Below, piece after piece: positions 48,201-55,865 of a stretch of 64,000 bases of DNA (the first letter of the stretch is position 1; every line of letters begins with the position of its first letter). The DNA comes from a virus. Position numbers and translations under genes: made by a program. A model generated the notes under the pieces. It was given only the letters and a program-made list of their open reading frames with translations, had not been told where the DNA came from and did not search any database. Where the stretch lies: IMG/VR virus record IMGVR_UViG_3300032235_000428, positions 1 through 64,000 of that record. One strand, given 5' to 3'.

Positions 48201-51168
48201 CACCAAAAGCATTAACGGTGGTTGTTCCTGTATTATATAAATTTTGTGTTGAATTTCCTCCAACAATAGTTGTTGGTCTGAGAGTTAAAGTTGCATTAGT
48301 TGAACCAATACCAATAGTGGTTGCGTCACCGAATGCAGTAACTGTTGTTGTAGTAGTATCAATAAATCTATATGTAGATTGATCGGTAATGAATAATGAA
48401 GATCTATGACTAATTGTATTTTGGAATGTGGAAACACCAGCAACTCTTAGATTATTTTCTAGTTCTACATCACCACTAAGAGTTGAAATTCCAGTAACTC
48501 TAAATGTTGCTGTAGTGGTAACTCCAGTTATTTGAAGATTTCCAGTAACTTTTGTCCCACTAGAATCAACTTTAACTCTTTCAGTGTTATCATAATTAGT
48601 AATTCTAACATCTCTTCCAGAAAGACTTAGATATCCAGAAGTATTAAGATGTTGTAAAATACCATTACTTGTATTATCTGCAAATCCTATTCTAAGACCA
48701 GTTCCTGAACTATTACCAAGATTTATATATTGGTCGCTTGTTCCAGAAAGTGCTGGTAAATTAATATTTGATACGCTTAAAGAAGGAACGTAACCATTGT
48801 TAGGTCCTGTTATAATACCAACAAATGTTGATACTCCAGCAACATTTAAATTATTATCAAGACGAACATCTCCACTCAGTGTTGAGATTCCAGTAACTCT
48901 AAATGTTGATGTTGTGGTAATTCCAGTAACATTTAAGTTACTGTTTATCATGAATGAATTACTAAATGTGGTGACACCAGCAACTCTTAGATTATTTCCT
49001 AGCTCTACATCACCACTAAGAGTTGAAATTCCTGTAACTTTTAATGTAGTTAGTGTTGTAATTCCAGATACAAAGACATCTTTTCCAAATTGAGCACTAT
49101 CAGTTAAGGTTGAAAACCCAGTAACTCTTAGATTTCCAATTGTACCAATTCCAGATACGCGAATATTATTGGTAAACTCAGTGTCTCCAGTTAATGTTGA
49201 AATACCAGTAACTCTAAATGTTGATGTTGTGGTAATTCCACCAACATTTAAGTTGTTAGTTAAATTAGTATCTCCAGTTAAAGTCGATACACCAGTAACT
49301 CTAAAGTTACCTACAGTCGCTATTCCAGATGCTAACAAGTTAGCATTGAACATTGAATCTGAAACAAATGTAGATACTCCAGCAACTCTAATTGAAGAAT
49401 CTAATCTAACTGGTGATACAAATGTAGAAACACCAGAGACTTTAAAATCTTTCCCTACATTTAAATTGCTACTAATTCCAACTCCACCTTGAACGACTAG
49501 GGTTCCATTTGAGGATGTGAATGAATCTTGACCACCAGTTAAGTTGAATCTATAATTTCTTACCGTGGTTACCCCACTAGTAGAACCAATGACTATATTT
49601 GTTGCATCTCCAGCAAAATTTACTCTATTTGCTACAGTATTAATTAAATTATAATCTGTTTGATCTGTTATAAAATCAGAATTATAATGTCTTATTGGAT
49701 CATAAAATGTAGATACACCAATAACTTCAAGATGACTTGCCGTTAGGGTTCCAGTTAGTGTAATGTCACTTGTACTTGCAATAGAAACTAGTCCAGTTTC
49801 TTGATCAATTCTAAAAATTGATCCAATTCTAAAATTGCCAGCTTGGTCTACAGATTGAAAATATACCCTACCACCATTCAATTGAATTGCTTCATTTTCA
49901 GGTAAAGATAGAGTTGGATCTTGTGTAAATGTTTTCCCAGATCCAACGCAACCAAAATTAAATCCAAAAAGTCTTAATTGTACACCTTTACCATCACCAC
50001 GTACACCTACTGTACCAAAGTTTGTTGCAGATCCAATGGATCTCATATCGGCACCAAACTTTTGGTAATCTGCCCAAAGAATAGTGCTTGCAGTACCTAC
50101 TTGAGTAGTTCCATTAGACTGGAAAATTCTAACATCTTGAGTTGAACCAATTCCAACAGAATTGAAGATGCCAGAACCTTTACCTAGGATAGTTATATAA
50201 TCACCTTCAACAGATACTACAGTTCCGATAGCAACTGGAGTTCCACTTTGATAATACTTTACAACATAATTAGATGTAATTGATGTTGTAATTCCAGAAA
50301 GCTTTAATTGAGCATTTGCAGTACTTGCTATACCAACACTTCCAGAAATACCTTCAATACCAACACTGGAGAAATAAGTAAAACAGTTTACCCATTCAGT
50401 TCTTGCCCCGTTGGTCATCTTCAGGGCAGTTTGATTTGGTGTAATAAAAGTACACTCATTAAAGAGCATTGCAGGCTCTAGTGTTGTTGATTGAACGACA
50501 CTAGCATCTATTAAAACACCTCTACCAGCAACTTTTGCCGTTGGATAATTATCTACAGTATCAAATCCATAGGGATCAGTTGGAGTTTGTGTTGACCCCC
50601 TATTAAGTACGGTAATTCTCTGAACATAAGGGCTCCTAGTGGTTGTAACCATATTAGGAGCAAATTTAAATCCATATCCAGTATCAGTTGAAGAATTATA
50701 ATAAAAATTTCCTAATGCCAAATCTTCAATTGTGCTTTCTCCGTTTAAGAGAAATGCGTCATTTCTTTCTGTACCAGAAGTTGGTTGAATAAATGTGGAT
50801 CTTAAACCATTTCCGCGTACAGTAACCCCTTGTGGTATAGTTAACGGGAAAATTTCAGTAAAAGTTCCAGAAGAAATTAGAATAGTATCCCCAGAAACTG
50901 CTACAGTTAATGCTTTTTTTAACGTAGCAAATGCTGCAGATATATTTTGACCATCATTAGTGTCAAGACCAGTTTTGGTAACGTAGTATGTTTGACCTGG
51001 GTATCCTCCACCTAGATTTACAACAGTTTCTACACCACCTACATCTTTTTTTAGGTACGCCTTACCATCATGTGTATTTACAGCTAATTCTCCCAACTGT
51101 AGGTCTGAAGTGAGAGGAATTTTGCCTGGTGTTGAAGACCTTTTTAGTCTAATGATTGGATCTGCCAT
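42286..51168 (-). CDS. 2960 aa tail fibre: Mtd-N-like N-terminus, beta-helix domain, extensive Gly/Thr/Asn repeats
   Basis: IRLKRSSTPGKIP...GELAVNTHDGKAY; YYVTKTGLDTNDG..AFATLKKAL; many VxG[IV]ST[FL] and TVNAFGxAT repeats. Confidence 0.85.
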   Translation of the reverse strand: MADPIIRLKRSSTPGKIPLTSDLQLGELAVNTHDGKAYLKKDVGGVETVVNLGGGYPGQTYYVTKTGLDTNDGQNISAAFATLKKALTVAVSGDTILISSGTFTEIFPLTIPQGVTVRGNGLRSTFIQPTSGTERNDAFLLNGESTIEDLALGNFYYNSSTDTGYGFKFAPNMVTTTRSPYVQRITVLNRGSTQTPTDPYGFDTVDNYPTAKVAGRGVLIDASVVQSTTLEPAMLFNECTFITPNQTALKMTNGARTEWVNCFTYFSSVGIEGISGSVGIASTANAQLKLSGITTSITSNYVVKYYQSGTPVAIGTVVSVEGDYITILGKGSGIFNSVGIGSTQDVRIFQSNGTTQVGTASTILWADYQKFGADMRSIGSATNFGTVGVRGDGKGVQLRLFGFNFGCVGSGKTFTQDPTLSLPENEAIQLNGGRVYFQSVDQAGNFRIGSIFRIDQETGLVSIASTSDITLTGTLTASHLEVIGVSTFYDPIRHYNSDFITDQTDYNLINTVANRVNFAGDATNIVIGSTSGVTTVRNYRFNLTGGQDSFTSSNGTLVVQGGVGISSNLNVGKDFKVSGVSTFVSPVRLDSSIRVAGVSTFVSDSMFNANLLASGIATVGNFRVTGVSTLTGDTNLTNNLNVGGITTTSTFRVTGISTLTGDTEFTNNIRVSGIGTIGNLRVTGFSTLTDSAQFGKDVFVSGITTLTTLKVTGISTLSGDVELGNNLRVAGVTTFSNSFMINSNLNVTGITTTSTFRVTGISTLSGDVRLDNNLNVAGVSTFVGIITGPNNGYVPSLSVSNINLPALSGTSDQYINLGNSSGTGLRIGFADNTSNGILQHLNTSGYLSLSGRDVRITNYDNTERVKVDSSGTKVTGNLQITGVTTTATFRVTGISTLSGDVELENNLRVAGVSTFQNTISHRSSLFITDQSTYRFIDTTTTTVTAFGDATTIGIGSTNATLTLRPTTIVGGNSTQNLYNTGTTTVNAFGAASTLNIGANSGTLTIGNPTVVGTQATQNLYNIVTTTVNAFGQATSIGIGSTNATLTARPSTIVGTNATQNVYNTVATTVNAFGAATTLNIGANSGTLTVGNPTVVGTQVTQNLYDTVATTVTAFGQATSIGIGSTNATLTARPSTIVGTNATQNVYNTIATSVNAFGAANNLLLGAISGFATVRNTVFSLPNASTVDINGNNPTISGSSTGTLTLFNTNLTTVNAFGEATTIGIGSTNATLTLRPITIVGGNTTQNLYNTGTTTVNAFGQATAIGIGSTNATLTLRPSTLIGQSATQNVYNTIANTVNAFGQASSINIGANSGTLTIGNPTVVGTQVTQDVFNSVATRVNAFGAAADLLIGANTGVTTIRNASVNLSNATSISATQSSFTVFNTNTTINAFGAASTFNIGANSGTLTIGNPTVVGTQVSQNLYNTVATRINVFGVATDLLIGATTGIATVRNLTFSLPNATSFAINGANPTISGTSTGTLTLFNTALTSINAFGAATAIVWGATTGIATVRNTTFSLPNATSFAINGANPTISGTSTGTLTLFNTALTSVNAFGDATNIVIGNSVGVTTIRHNLVVPAIDVDNVQVLGISTFFTDIIQPFGTTNLNELVVAGVSTLNGITNFSNDINSVNIYNSGTVNTPSLNVTGVSTIRGDLNVGGNLTVDGTVTSFNSSVLQVDDVNIELGVVSVITGLQGAIVSGANAVTLDPNIYTTTGLIPGQTITQTGGTGSIAAGTVRILSIVSSSVFTVDAVHLTTGDITFDVGGATDYTADQGGIILRGTTDKRIFYDRQQNTWSSTEDFNLVPSKSYKIGGQELLSSAQLSISNINITGVATLPILNVNNSSTFIATVGNLLGSNIYYTGISSFNQSYIAVGIVTNLKADYFTLTNNETLIATQNNSIIGPSTNKIAISTAGLNPEMTVYSTGTELLPNTTILSIDAPGIITITPSSINAAQTTTSTITVVDDPRAGVASISKLKAHIGILTNFDTVNANITGITTAQRLYVNTDIYTPGISSAETVTARVGLVTFLSGTNIQYTGVGTINTLRTNIGFVTNLIGTNLWYSGISTLPILNTNVGIVTYLTGTNIVYSGIGTIDVLRTNVGYVTTFYGRDIEVTGVTTTPAIRVNTGFVTTISGTRATYPDIDNTNLYNTGIASFTNLRTNVGIVTFLTGTNLSYSGIGTINDIRSNLINVGIATVGVLSATDAEITNVLNVLEIIANRIGTIALNSVDLNIVGTSTIANLNVQNVAITSAVGDNFQTTTIGAENLESDRIYSSGITSVSDFFANVGFVTALNVTNFFAGIGTIPLVDNTNIYTTGLGTITQLKSNVGLVTTLTSDYILSTNYIIGTGSTEASIGINTTVVGLPTSFILSLQINDFVYSPSGISSGTRIVGLGTNTITISQPSNNVGFVTETAFFSRDNLAGIASISTLKSNVGLVTYLSGTNVSYSGIGTVNTLYANVGFVTYLSNQNLSVSGVTTLVTVNASTLFLDNITNNNTLYTNVGFVTYLSGTNVAYSGIGTIITLYTNVGVVTNLTGTNVAYSGIGTINTLYTNSGFVTTLSGTNVSYTIGQLNSLFAVTGVVTTISGTRATYQDIDNVNIYSTGIGSFNNFRTNVGIVTFITGTNLNYSGLGTIPNLVGTNLSYLGISTLGKILATDITLTSITNTDIYASGIASITTLRANVGIITFVSGTNLNYSGVSTINTLRNVNLVSTGIATVNDIIGSDCVFTGISTFNAIKGTSLEINDLDIFGSNLLYAGIATFTQRLDSPNVSNFNFFNATNINITGVGTFPIIRSQDIHNTGVTTTGRLRVGVGGTILLADATSGIGSVGINTASPNSALHVYGDIQIRGNTLVGTISTTLTSNATAQVHTALARSDFRSVEYTVQTSIGNTHQITKILSIHDGVTCYNSEYSNISTGVDVASYDVVIDNSLPPGYIALRVTPVSNVGVTTVVVNFIANRI
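47741..48075. repeat. 83 bp exact direct repeat, 252 bp period, in the fibre gene
   Basis: 47741-47823 is identical to 47993-48075. Confidence 0.9.
49199..49312. repeat. 114 bp direct repeat, copy 1 (2 mismatches to 52554-52667 in the adjacent gene)
   Basis: Manual alignment. Confidence 0.9.
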
Positions 51169-51225
51169 CTAACCTCATATCTGTATTTACAGCGATACCC
51201 GTAGGGGCACTGGATCGGTTTTATC

Positions 51226-51233
51226 TATTTATT
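51226..51233 (-). promoter_or_regulatory. Late promoter AATAAATA
   Basis: Upstream of a structured leader and a GAGG RBS. Confidence 0.7.
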
Positions 51234-51244
51234 TAAGTAAAAAC

Positions 51245-53506
51245 TCAATAACTTCCACCATCAATTGTGATATTCTCTAATCTTCTTTCACCACTAATAC
51301 AAGTAACTGATTTTGATTGACCAGCACAATCATTAAACCATAATGCACCCATCTCAACTTCTGCCCAAGATACAGTAGATAAAATATTTACTGATTCGGT
51401 TACAACTGAAGCAATTCCAACTCTTTGAACGGAATGATCCCAGTAAAGTGCTGCTTTTTTAGCAGAAGTATCATAATAATGCATTATGAAACCAAGATCA
51501 ATATTTGCATCTACTGATGGTGGAACTAAAATTCCAGATCCATCATCAACTAAACCAGCTTCAATTAAATTATCTTTTACTTTTAATGTTGTTGAATTTA
51601 CTGAGGTTGTTTCACCATCAACATAAAGATCTCCTTTAATTCTAACTGATCCTGTATTTGTACCAATTCCTGCTGGGTCAATTACAATCGCAGATGGTCC
51701 TGTAATAATACCACTTCTAAATGTAAAATCTAAAATAGTTGTAACACCAACGACTTTAAGATTTTGATTAAACTCTGCATCTAATTGGAAAGTCGATACT
51801 CCAGCAACTCTTAATTCATCTTCAATGCGAACACTATTGACTAAAGTTGATACACCAGCAACATTAAGATTATTATTAAGTTGGACATCACCCATCAATG
51901 TTGAAATTCCAGTTACTCTAAATGTTGATGTTGTAGTGATTCCACCAACGTTTAAGTTGTTAGTTAAATTGGTATTACCAGTTAAAGTTGATACACCAGT
52001 AACTCTAAAGTTACCTGTAGTTGTAATGCCGAGAACATTTAAATTATTAGTTAAATTAGTATCACCTGTTAAAGTTGATACACCAGTTACTCTAAAGTTT
52101 CCAGTTGTTGTTATTCCTAAAGTATTTAAATTATTAGTTAAATTTACATCACCAGTTAAAGTTGATACACCAGTTACTCTAAAGTTACCTGTAGTCGTAA
52201 TGCCCGTGACATTTAAGTGGGCATTTATCATTGAGTCACTATTAAATGTGGATACCCCAGCAACTCTTAATTCATCTTCAATGCGAACACTATTGACTAA
52301 AGTTGATACACCAGCAACATTAAGATTATTGTTTAATTCTATGTCACCAACAAAAGTTGCTATACCAATAATATTAAAGTTGTTAACTGTTGTAATACCA
52401 GTAACATTCAAATTACCATTAATCATCATATGATCATTAAAAGTTGATACTCCAGCAACTCTTAATTCATCTTCAATTCTGACACTATTTACTAACGTTG
52501 ATACACCAGCAACATTGAGGTTATTATCAAGACGTACATCACCCATTAAGGTAGAAATACCAGTAACTCTAAATGTTGATGTCGTGGTAATTCCACCAAC
52601 ATTTAAGTTGTTAGTTAAATTAGTATCTCCAGTTAAAGTCGATACGCCAGTAACTCTAAAGTTACCTGTAGTTGTAATGCCAGTCACATTTAAGTGACCA
52701 TTTACCATCATATTGTCATTAAAAGTTGATACTCCAACAACTCTTAATTCATCTTCAATGCGAACACTATTAATTAATGTAGAAACTCCAGCAACATTTA
52801 AGTTATTATTAATCTCAACATCACCCATTAAGGTCGAAATTCCTGTTACTCTCATTGTAGTGAGAGTTGTAATTCCAGAAACTCTTACATTTTTATTAAA
52901 TTCACTATCTAATGTAAATGTTGATACACCAGCAACTCTTAATTGGGAGTTTAAACGTACATTATTAACAAATGTTGATAGTCCATTAACGTATAAATTT
53001 TCGGTGATTGAAACACCTAGTCCAACATTTATAGATTTTTCTACTCCAATTCCACCATCTACTACAAGAGCACCAGTATCTTTACTCGTAGATTCGGTTG
53101 TACTTGTAAGACCAAGAGGGCCAGTTACTGTGGTAATACCACTCAATACTGCATTTAAAAATCCACTATCCCAATATAAATTTCCAAATCCGTCGTTAGT
53201 TAATATTGATTGAACAATTCCTTGTGTTCCAGGAAGAGTGTATGTTACAACGCCTGCTAAAGTGTTGGGTGATTTTACTGAGATATAATTTGTACCATCT
53301 TTGTCAACCAGATTTAAACTGAGTGAAGCAGATCCATTTTCTCTGGTCCAATATCTATGAGATCCGAAAAATTTATTTCCGTTTGTTGTGCTGTTTAATC
53401 CAATAAAAAGATCATATTTATCGGTAGTAAATCCAGGCTCACCCGCTCTTAGTGCTGGTAGAGAATTGTATCCACCCCTTTTAAATTGTAGAATTGGTAA
53501 TGGCAT
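51245..53506 (-). CDS. 753 aa fibre-like protein with tandem beta repeats
   Basis: ILQFKRG...LRAGEPGFTTDKYDLFIG N-terminus; STSKDTGALVVDGGIGV; repeated NLNVxG[IV][ST]T / FRVTG[IV]STL; ends IDGGSY. Confidence 0.8.
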   Translation of the reverse strand: MPLPILQFKRGGYNSLPALRAGEPGFTTDKYDLFIGLNSTTNGNKFFGSHRYWTRENGSASLSLNLVDKDGTNYISVKSPNTLAGVVTYTLPGTQGIVQSILTNDGFGNLYWDSGFLNAVLSGITTVTGPLGLTSTTESTSKDTGALVVDGGIGVEKSINVGLGVSITENLYVNGLSTFVNNVRLNSQLRVAGVSTFTLDSEFNKNVRVSGITTLTTMRVTGISTLMGDVEINNNLNVAGVSTLINSVRIEDELRVVGVSTFNDNMMVNGHLNVTGITTTGNFRVTGVSTLTGDTNLTNNLNVGGITTTSTFRVTGISTLMGDVRLDNNLNVAGVSTLVNSVRIEDELRVAGVSTFNDHMMINGNLNVTGITTVNNFNIIGIATFVGDIELNNNLNVAGVSTLVNSVRIEDELRVAGVSTFNSDSMINAHLNVTGITTTGNFRVTGVSTLTGDVNLTNNLNTLGITTTGNFRVTGVSTLTGDTNLTNNLNVLGITTTGNFRVTGVSTLTGNTNLTNNLNVGGITTTSTFRVTGISTLMGDVQLNNNLNVAGVSTLVNSVRIEDELRVAGVSTFQLDAEFNQNLKVVGVTTILDFTFRSGIITGPSAIVIDPAGIGTNTGSVRIKGDLYVDGETTSVNSTTLKVKDNLIEAGLVDDGSGILVPPSVDANIDLGFIMHYYDTSAKKAALYWDHSVQRVGIASVVTESVNILSTVSWAEVEMGALWFNDCAGQSKSVTCISGERRLENITIDGGSY
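52554..52667. repeat. 114 bp direct repeat, copy 2
   Basis: Matches 49199-49312 at 112 of 114 positions. Confidence 0.9.
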
Positions 53507-53536
53507 GGACCTTACTTACACTTTTACTAGTACTAT

Positions 53537-53544
53537 TATTTATT
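53537..53544 (-). promoter_or_regulatory. Late promoter AATAAATA
   Basis: Intergenic, before the 753 aa gene. Confidence 0.7.
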
Positions 53545-53553
53545 TTTATATAA

Positions 53554-53769
53554 TTACCAGCTTCCACCATCTAAACTTACTTTATTATCCAAATCAACTT
53601 CTAACAAAGATAGAAAATCTGCTGGAAGACCTGGTTGTTGTGGTTCTGTTGCTGCTTTTGATAAAACATAATCTGGATTGACAAATTTATACTTTAAATT
53701 TTCATAATCAAAAATTAAAACATAACCATCATTTAAATTTGAAGTGTCTATTGGATACTGTAGATCCAT
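53554..53769 (-). CDS. 71 aa protein, paralogue of the C-terminus of the upstream 206 aa protein
   Basis: Shares DGYVLxFD...FVNPDxVLSKAATEPQQPG; own GATAAATA promoter at 53791-53798. Confidence 0.8.
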   Translation of the reverse strand: MDLQYPIDTSNLNDGYVLIFDYENLKYKFVNPDYVLSKAATEPQQPGLPADFLSLLEVDLDNKVSLDGGSW

Positions 53770-53797
53770 GTTAATAGAAATGTTATTAGTTATTTAT

Positions 53798-54418
53798 CTA
53801 CCAAGTACCAGCGTCAATATCAATCTTGTCATCAAGTTCTCTATCCAATTCATCCACAAAGTCTGAGGGAAATCCTGGTTGTTGTGGTTCTGTTGCTGCT
53901 TTAGATAAAACGTCATCAGGATTAACAAACCTGAATACTTGTGCATTACCATCAAACATTAATACGTATCCATCACCAGATCCAGCAGTGGTTCCAATTC
54001 CAGTTGTTGATCCTGCACCAATTGCTATATTTGAAGTATCTATTGTTCCTAGATCGGATATTGATGAAGACCTCACAAATCCTACTGTAGAACTATCATT
54101 TACTAAAATACTTCCTTCTATTTTCTTTGTAGTAACTCCATCTGGATCTGTCAACATTACATCATAATAATTTCTACCAGATGCTAAAAGTAAAGTTTGA
54201 TCTCTACTAATAAACAATCGTATTTGACCCTGTGACCTATCTGTAAAAATTACAGTAACTGTGTTGTAATATGGTGATGTTGGGTATTTTCTAATCTTTG
54301 CAGATCCACTATATCCAGTTAAATTTAATGGAGTTCGATCTGGATTTCTAAAAGTAATATTTTGAATAAAATCTGCACCTTTTTCAAGTTCATAATTAGC
54401 AGAAATTACAACAGACAT
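53798..54418 (-). CDS. Virion structural protein (BppU-like N-terminal domain)
   Basis: LEKGADF...PLNLTGY...AKIRK...GRNYYDV...KIEG; promoter GATAAATA at 54440-54447. Confidence 0.7.
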   Translation of the reverse strand: MSVVISANYELEKGADFIQNITFRNPDRTPLNLTGYSGSAKIRKYPTSPYYNTVTVIFTDRSQGQIRLFISRDQTLLLASGRNYYDVMLTDPDGVTTKKIEGSILVNDSSTVGFVRSSSISDLGTIDTSNIAIGAGSTTGIGTTAGSGDGYVLMFDGNAQVFRFVNPDDVLSKAATEPQQPGFPSDFVDELDRELDDKIDIDAGTW

Positions 54419-54438
54419 TTTGCTAGTGAGTTTATTAG

Positions 54439-54867
54439 TTATTTATCCTGTAGTTGTTCTTTATTTGATTTTAAAAATTTCGATAGTTCTGCTGTAGATC
54501 CAATAAACAAAGCATTATTTGTAACACTTGTCGGTCCTTTTGATATTTTTTCAGTTTCTATTTCTTTTAGTTTTTTTTGTAGATCTAATAATTTATCTGT
54601 AGCATCTGAAACATTCTTAATTAATTGTCCAACAACCTCATATGCTCTAGGTTGTCCACCATCAACTGCTAACTCCAAAGCATTATCTAATGCCTCTTGT
54701 CCTTTTTCTATAATTGAATATAAATTACCTCTTGTATATTCATAATCTTTTTTTATATCATCATCTGCACTTTTAACTTCAATCTTATTAGTTTCAATTT
54801 CTGTAGAAACTATTTCAGTATTTTCTAAATCAAAAGTACTATTTAAATTCTCATATTTATTTTTCAT
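54439..54867 (-). CDS. gp16: Terminase small subunit (gp16)
   Basis: DYEYTRGNLYSIIEKGQEA, PRAYEVVGQLIK, NNALFIGSTAEL. Confidence 0.93.
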   Translation of the reverse strand: MKNKYENLNSTFDLENTEIVSTEIETNKIEVKSADDDIKKDYEYTRGNLYSIIEKGQEALDNALELAVDGGQPRAYEVVGQLIKNVSDATDKLLDLQKKLKEIETEKISKGPTSVTNNALFIGSTAELSKFLKSNKEQLQDK

Positions 54868-55862
54868 AATGATCCACTAAATCCAAAATCATCTCCAGCT
54901 GGAATTAATTCATCATCTGCAGAAGTTATCTTTTTAACTGGAGCACCTAAAACATGATTTAAAACCTTGGTGTTATATGCACCTCTTTCTACTATGAGTG
55001 TATTATTATTCTTAGATTTAATGTACATAGTTTCTTCATTTATCATTATATAAGTTTTAATTGGAATATCTGATGAATCATCTACTATAATTTCCATATC
55101 AGTAAGATTTACATCTCTAGATAAATTGGTTTCAATATCACCAGTATAATTTTTAGTTGCTTTTGCTTCTGATGAATATGTGACTTGTCTTGACCCACTA
55201 CTATCTCCAGCAGTATATCCAATAGTAACTTTTTTGATAATATCTTTTGATGTTTCTGGACCAGAAATTGGACCAAAAAGATATGTTTTTGCTGTGAAGT
55301 TTAAAGTGTATATTAAAGCTCTCCTAGTATTAAAATCACCCTCATAATCATCTTGCATAGTAAGATTTTCGAGTGTTAATGGAACATCTCTTTTTTCACC
55401 AATCGTATCTACTAAATTAACACTTAAAACAAAAGAGGGTTGAAAATATGGCAATATTTGTTCGACTATTTGTAACATATCATCATTTAACTGTGTCATA
55501 ATAGATAATTGAAAATCCATATTGTATGGAACTGGCATGTACGCCTTTCTAATATCTGTTCCGTCAGTTGTAATTGTAGTTGCAAATGATTGAGTTGGTG
55601 CTAATTTCCTACTACTATCATAAGATAACCCAACAAACTCAAAAGACATCCTAGGTAGAGTAATCTGGACTGGTTTATTGAGATCTGGAGATTGCTCTAA
55701 CCTTGCCAAAAACTTTTGTGTTGGACCATATGCCAATGGAACCTTTGTTATCTCTAAAATATTTCCATCAGAATCTCTTTTCTGTATAGAAATATCATTA
55801 AACAAAGTTCCAAAAGAAACAATGGTTTTCCTTAAAATTTCGTGATAAAAATATTCAAACAT
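54864..55862 (-). CDS. gp15: Tail sheath stabiliser / completion protein (gp15)
   Basis: YFYHEILRKTIVSFGTLFN, VPLAYGP, LPRMSFE, QIVEQILPYFQP. Confidence 0.95.
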   Translation of the reverse strand: MFEYFYHEILRKTIVSFGTLFNDISIQKRDSDGNILEITKVPLAYGPTQKFLARLEQSPDLNKPVQITLPRMSFEFVGLSYDSSRKLAPTQSFATTITTDGTDIRKAYMPVPYNMDFQLSIMTQLNDDMLQIVEQILPYFQPSFVLSVNLVDTIGEKRDVPLTLENLTMQDDYEGDFNTRRALIYTLNFTAKTYLFGPISGPETSKDIIKKVTIGYTAGDSSGSRQVTYSSEAKATKNYTGDIETNLSRDVNLTDMEIIVDDSSDIPIKTYIMINEETMYIKSKNNNTLIVERGAYNTKVLNHVLGAPVKKITSADDELIPAGDDFGFSGSL

Positions 55863-55865
55863 TTT

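Noticed and set aside
46500-52700. Periodic repeats as a CRISPR array or shufflon
   Set aside because: The repeats are in-frame coding units without unique spacers, are in direct orientation, and no cas or invertase gene is present.
35646-53213. Many plus-strand ORFs rich in V/P/T/L opposite the fibre genes
   Set aside because: Antisense shadows of Gly/Thr/Asn repeat codons; no independent coding signal.
42286-53506. Possible diversity-generating retroelement (Mtd-like N-terminus plus near-identical repeats)
   Set aside because: No reverse transcriptase in the window; the two mismatches in the 114 bp pair are synonymous, not adenine-specific on one strand, and not in a C-terminal variable region.
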